IMG/VR virus record: IMGVR_UViG_3300021138_000005
Reading direction: 5' to 3' (one strand)
Source: an uncultured virus (IMG/VR IMGVR_UViG_3300021138_000005)
Taxonomy: Duplodnaviria; Heunggongvirae; Uroviricota; Caudoviricetes
DNA length: 64,000 bases
In this document: in pieces, positions 60,093-64,000 of the stretch
Layout of the letters: every line of letters begins with the position of its first letter
Numbering within the stretch: the first letter of the stretch is position 1
Made by a program: the position numbers and the translations under genes
Notes under the pieces: model-generated
What the model saw: only the letters and a program-made list of their open reading frames with translations
The model's database searches: none
Told to the model about the DNA's origin: nothing

Positions 60093-60117
60093 CCATAGCA
60101 TTAACATCACGTTAATC

Positions 60118-60146
60118 AAAAGCCGCTGCCAAAAACAGCGGCTTTT
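60118..60146 (+). terminator. Intrinsic terminator after the tube gene
   Basis: aaaagccgctg-ccaaaaa-cagcggctttt followed by a T-run. Confidence 0.8.
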
Positions 60147-60164
60147 TCTTGAATAAATATCTGC

Positions 60165-61991
60165 ATGTCTACTCAAATCTTGCGACCAAAACCCTATGCT
60201 TCGTATTTCTTTGGACTGCAAAGTCCTGGCCAGCGCATGTATGCGATACCTCGCTACAAATACATGTACTATGCCAACTTCAATGTAAATGCACAGGCGC
60301 TGAGCATGTATCCTGCACTGAATTTGTTAGGCACTAGGTCTGGTGTTAGCTTCAAGATCAAGGCAATTGATAGACCAAATATCGATCTACAGCAACGAGA
60401 ATTAAACCAATACAATCGCAAGCGATATGCGTATGTTAAATCAGAATATAAGCCTCTAAACCTAACCATGTACGATACGGTTGATAATCAACCGTTTGAT
60501 CTTTGGGTAGAATACTTCACTTACTACTTCGGCGATGCTAGGTTCAAATCTTCCATGACCATGCAATCAAATCCGGTTGATCCGACATTTGACGATAGCA
60601 CAGGATGGGGTCTTCGTCCTTTAGCAGAACAGGTAAACTTCTTCACCAGCGTTGACTTATATCAGATATTTGGCAAAGAGTATTCGTTAACTACCTATCT
60701 AAATCCCAAGATATCGGCTGTGGATTGGGGAAATAACGACAGCAGCGACAGCGGTTTAGAAGAATTGAAGATGACGCTGACCTATGAAACGCTTCAATAT
60801 GACAGCGGTACCATAACAGCAGAATTAGCCAATCAGTTTGGATTTGACGTTTCTGCTACACTCGAGCCACCTGGTACACAGGCAGCAACTATTACGCCAA
60901 AATCTACAGGCGCCGGACCTCACCGATATTCAAACCAAGCTAACTCGGCTGCTACGGCGATCGTATCTGACATAACCAAACCCAGTGCCAGTGTTATATC
61001 TAATTTTGGCATGAATGGCACCAATTATGCTACATTAATTGGCCAGACCCAATATGGACCAAATGTTGCTCAAAATGGTGCACCGATACAGACACAGCAG
61101 GTACCTGGTAGCCAAAATCAATTTGCTACTGCAGTTGGCGCTAATGACACTACATTCAGCGGGCAGGGTGTCGGTAGCCAACCAAGCGATGTTATAGTAC
61201 CTGAAAATTACGGAATTAGCGGATTGCCAAATGGTCAGCTGCCGGTGTCTAATCAATTCTTACCTACTGCTGCATCTAACCAAGATGTTTTCATGAGCAC
61301 CAAGGGCGGAGTAATGATTGGCGAAGGTAGGTTTGGCAGCTATAATTTTGGTGCAGGACAAGTACAATCATCTGGGGAAAATTATACAGTATCCACTGAT
61401 CCGTTGACCGGAGATATCAGCTATCGACCTGGTGTTCCAGACGACAATGCTTTCTATACAGCACAACCAGTTAGATATCCAGGTCAATTTAGCTATCGAC
61501 CTGGTGTTCCAGACGATAATGCTTTCTATACAGCGCGGCCAGGTATCTATCTAGATCAATACGGACCAAACTTTATTAACAGCACGTTTAATCGATACAA
61601 CAGCAGAAACGGTAGATATCTAACGCAAGCTCAACAGATACAAGCAGCTAGACGCAGAGTACAACAAGACGGGGTAGCAATATCTATCGAAGTTGGCCAA
61701 CCAGAATATACAAACTATGGCATACCGACTGGATATGAACAATATCCATATCAACCTGGACCAAATGCTACTGTAGGTCCAGGACTAAGCCTAAGAGTTG
61801 CGCTGTCTAACAATAGTTTTGGTATCACAGTTGCAACAGGAAATGCTGTGGGATTTGGTGGTGTACAAGATAACAATTACGGCAATCTAAATAATTTTGT
61901 ACCGTTAGATGATCCTTACGCATACGGCGGAGACCCAAGCGACAACATACCTCCTCCGGTGGTATATCCATACGACAACAGTGATTACTGA
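60165..61991 (+). CDS. Tube-fold baseplate/tail protein (gp48/gp54-like) with long low-complexity extension
   Basis: PRYKY, IDRP, NQYNRKR, MTLTYE in the N-terminal domain; TAAATA 5 nt before the ATG. Confidence 0.65.
   Translation: MSTQILRPKPYASYFFGLQSPGQRMYAIPRYKYMYYANFNVNAQALSMYPALNLLGTRSGVSFKIKAIDRPNIDLQQRELNQYNRKRYAYVKSEYKPLNLTMYDTVDNQPFDLWVEYFTYYFGDARFKSSMTMQSNPVDPTFDDSTGWGLRPLAEQVNFFTSVDLYQIFGKEYSLTTYLNPKISAVDWGNNDSSDSGLEELKMTLTYETLQYDSGTITAELANQFGFDVSATLEPPGTQAATITPKSTGAGPHRYSNQANSAATAIVSDITKPSASVISNFGMNGTNYATLIGQTQYGPNVAQNGAPIQTQQVPGSQNQFATAVGANDTTFSGQGVGSQPSDVIVPENYGISGLPNGQLPVSNQFLPTAASNQDVFMSTKGGVMIGEGRFGSYNFGAGQVQSSGENYTVSTDPLTGDISYRPGVPDDNAFYTAQPVRYPGQFSYRPGVPDDNAFYTARPGIYLDQYGPNFINSTFNRYNSRNGRYLTQAQQIQAARRRVQQDGVAISIEVGQPEYTNYGIPTGYEQYPYQPGPNATVGPGLSLRVALSNNSFGITVATGNAVGFGGVQDNNYGNLNNFVPLDDPYAYGGDPSDNIPPPVVYPYDNSDY
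61419..61534 (+). repeat. 44-bp direct repeat, 72-bp period (SYRPGVPDDNAFYTA x2)
   Basis: Copies at 61419-62 and 61491-534 differ by one base. Confidence 0.9.
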
Positions 61992-61999
61992 GGTATCAA

Positions 62000-62476
62000 A
62001 TGTCAGGCAATAGAGATATTATCCAAAATAATATACGCAAGCAGCTAGCAATGCAGAGTGGCCAGATCAAGGGCACTAATCAAAACGGAAATTGGCAATG
62101 GTCTAATTCTGCTGGTTCTCCGTTACCAAACAGCAGTGATTATGGAAACTACGCATTATCGCAGGCACCTGCTCGATATGTAACCAGCATGAGCACCAGT
62201 ACATACGAGCTGGCTAAAGGCATGTTTGGTGGTCCAAATGTGCCAGAAGAACTAATAGAAGTATTGGCTAACATGGCCACATATTATGCCAGCCAGACTG
62301 GCCAACCTGTGACCAATCTGTTCAAGAAGGGCATAATGATAAATGACTTCCTTGCTACTGTGAACAGCATTCGACTGCCAACAAGCCAGCTAGGATATGT
62401 GGGGATCAATCCTAACCCTGTGTGGATCAATAATCCAACACTAGGGCCAACCATAGAAGCGGTATTAACCTCGTGA
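62000..62476 (+). CDS. Hypothetical (likely virion/baseplate) protein
   Basis: 158-aa ORF with GAGG SD in the tail operon. Confidence 0.6.
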   Translation: MSGNRDIIQNNIRKQLAMQSGQIKGTNQNGNWQWSNSAGSPLPNSSDYGNYALSQAPARYVTSMSTSTYELAKGMFGGPNVPEELIEVLANMATYYASQTGQPVTNLFKKGIMINDFLATVNSIRLPTSQLGYVGINPNPVWINNPTLGPTIEAVLTS

Positions 62477-63621
62477 CATCTGTACCATATTGCATCTATC
62501 CGTGGTATCATCAAAAAATTGGTACTGACGGAAATGCGCTACCCTGCTGTGCATGGAGTAAATCCGAAATACAAACTCGAGATGGGTTCATACACAGCGA
62601 CTTCATGCAAGATCTTAGACAAAAGATGCTTGATCACCAGCCTCCGTCTAATTGTTGGAAATGCAGCCATTCTGAGTCGCATGGTAAGAAAAGCGTGAGG
62701 CAAGTTGGCTTTGAAGATGCAGAATTTACTGGCATTGATTGGCAAGACACTATTAGTGTACGTAGCCAAGAAGTAGATCTCAGCAATGTGTGCAATCTTA
62801 GATGCCGTATGTGTAGCAGTACTCGATCCAGCAAATGGGCAGCTGATGAGATAGCTATGGGTCAACCGGCTGCAGGATTGATGCAAAATGATTGGCATCT
62901 CAGCATAGAAGAAGCCAAGGTTACCAGAACACTAACCTTTTTGGGCGGCGAACCTCTGCTGCATCAAGATAGGATTTACACAGCATTAAGACTCATCGAC
63001 CAACATGGAGAGATTGACAAGCTGTATGTTATGATGAGCACCAATGCGATGCAGTTTATAACTGATGAATTGTTAGATCTATTGCTGAAATGTCGCCTTG
63101 TTAGATTCTGTCTTAGCATCGACGGTTTTGGAGCAATTTCTGAGTACATACGTTCCGACAGCGATTGGGAAACCATAAATCATGTCACTATGAAAATAGA
63201 TGATCTGCGCAGAAATAATGAAAACATAGTGTATCACATACAGCCGACTATATCCATCTACAATTACGATATGATGGATGAGTTAGTAGATTGGGCTAAT
63301 AATCTATCTACGAAACCTGGTATATCTCCTGTGTTCTTGCATTGGCCAAACAGCATGTCTGCATTAAACATACCTATGCACCTGCGACTACCAGTATCTG
63401 CTAGATATGAGCAGCGTAGCGACTGGCCAATTTATGGACAAATGTATTCTATAGTAAGCAGTTTCCTCGGTGCAGACGAACACCGAGACATTAAATTATT
63501 GGATGATTTTCATAAACTTAATAGCAAATTAGATGAATTACGTAATACATCTTTGGCTGCATCTAATCCCGAATTAGATGCATTCATATCAACAATAACA
63601 GAGTATTCTAACCATGAGTAA
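62473..63621 (+). CDS. Radical SAM enzyme with N-terminal twitch-like Cys domain
   Basis: CIYPW...PCC...CWKC; CNLRCRMC; GGEPLL. Confidence 0.9.
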   Translation: MTSVPYCIYPWYHQKIGTDGNALPCCAWSKSEIQTRDGFIHSDFMQDLRQKMLDHQPPSNCWKCSHSESHGKKSVRQVGFEDAEFTGIDWQDTISVRSQEVDLSNVCNLRCRMCSSTRSSKWAADEIAMGQPAAGLMQNDWHLSIEEAKVTRTLTFLGGEPLLHQDRIYTALRLIDQHGEIDKLYVMMSTNAMQFITDELLDLLLKCRLVRFCLSIDGFGAISEYIRSDSDWETINHVTMKIDDLRRNNENIVYHIQPTISIYNYDMMDELVDWANNLSTKPGISPVFLHWPNSMSALNIPMHLRLPVSARYEQRSDWPIYGQMYSIVSSFLGADEHRDIKLLDDFHKLNSKLDELRNTSLAASNPELDAFISTITEYSNHE

Positions 63622-64000
63622 ATACAGCCAAGGTCGTTTCATACCAAAGAACCCAGCTAAACTGATTGGCAAAGCTGATGTAGTGTTCCGCAGCAGCTGG
63701 GAACTAACCGTAATGAACTTCCTTGACACACATCCAAGCGTGATACAGTGGGCTAGCGAGAGTCTGCGCATACCCTACACTAATCCTCTTACGGGTAAAC
63801 CTAGCCAATACGTGCCTGATTTCATGGTGTTATACCAAGACAAGAATGGAAATCGCCGAGCAGAAGTGGTAGAAGTTAAACCCAGCAAAGAAGCTATTGC
63901 AGAGAATGCCAAGAGCAAGCGCGATAAGGTAAGCCTCATATTAAACACTGCTAAATGGGCAGCAGCTATGGCATTTTGCAAGAAGAATGGCATGACTTTC
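63614..64000 (+). CDS. Head completion nuclease, gp4-like (runs off the window; absent from the ORF track)
   Basis: Translated by hand: MSKYSQGRFIPKNPAK...FRSSWE...WASE...YVPDF...VEVKP. Confidence 0.88.
   Translation, partial: MSKYSQGRFIPKNPAKLIGKADVVFRSSWELTVMNFLDTHPSVIQWASESLRIPYTNPLTGKPSQYVPDFMVLYQDKNGNRRAEVVEVKPSKEAIAENAKSKRDKVSLILNTAKWAAAMAFCKKNGMTF

Noticed and set aside
60101..60115. TTAA-N7-TTAA (CtrA-box-like)
   Set aside because: Single occurrence next to a terminator, also explained as a small hairpin; chance is likely
61419..61534. Repeat pair as DGR template/variable repeat or CRISPR
   Set aside because: Only two in-frame copies with one C/T difference; no reverse transcriptase, cas genes or spacers in the window
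1..64000. Stop-codon reassignment as seen in some large phages
   Set aside because: Core genes are full length in the standard code and TAA, TAG and TGA all serve as stops

Overview
A 64-kb segment of a large T4-like (myovirus) dsDNA phage genome, read in the standard genetic code. It holds baseplate genes (gp25, gp5 with lysozyme, hub, gp53, gp26/gp51-like, tape measure), a gp55-like late sigma factor, gp47/gp46 and a resolvase, the head module (portal, scaffolds, protease, major capsid), neck and tail genes (gp15, gp14, gp13, sheath, tube, gp4), two free-standing homing endonucleases and three peptidoglycan hydrolases. Many T4-type late promoters (TAAATA) and several sigma70-type promoters are visible. 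The host is possibly an alphaproteobacterium (inference). Most notable: (1) a ~450-nt densely structured, GNRA-rich non-coding element right behind a small basic protein gene, a candidate novel ncRNA/RNP; (2) a ~14-kb enzyme island between sheath and tube (5 radical SAM, 6 2OG-Fe(II)/cupin oxygenases, PLP enzyme, SDR, sulfotransferase-like, GNAT-like, desaturase); (3) a clean -1 slippery site that would fuse the gp26- and gp51-like ORFs; (4) a late operon of an atypical CCA-type nucleotidyltransferase plus four glycosyltransferases. Product calls come from motif recognition only; no searches were run.
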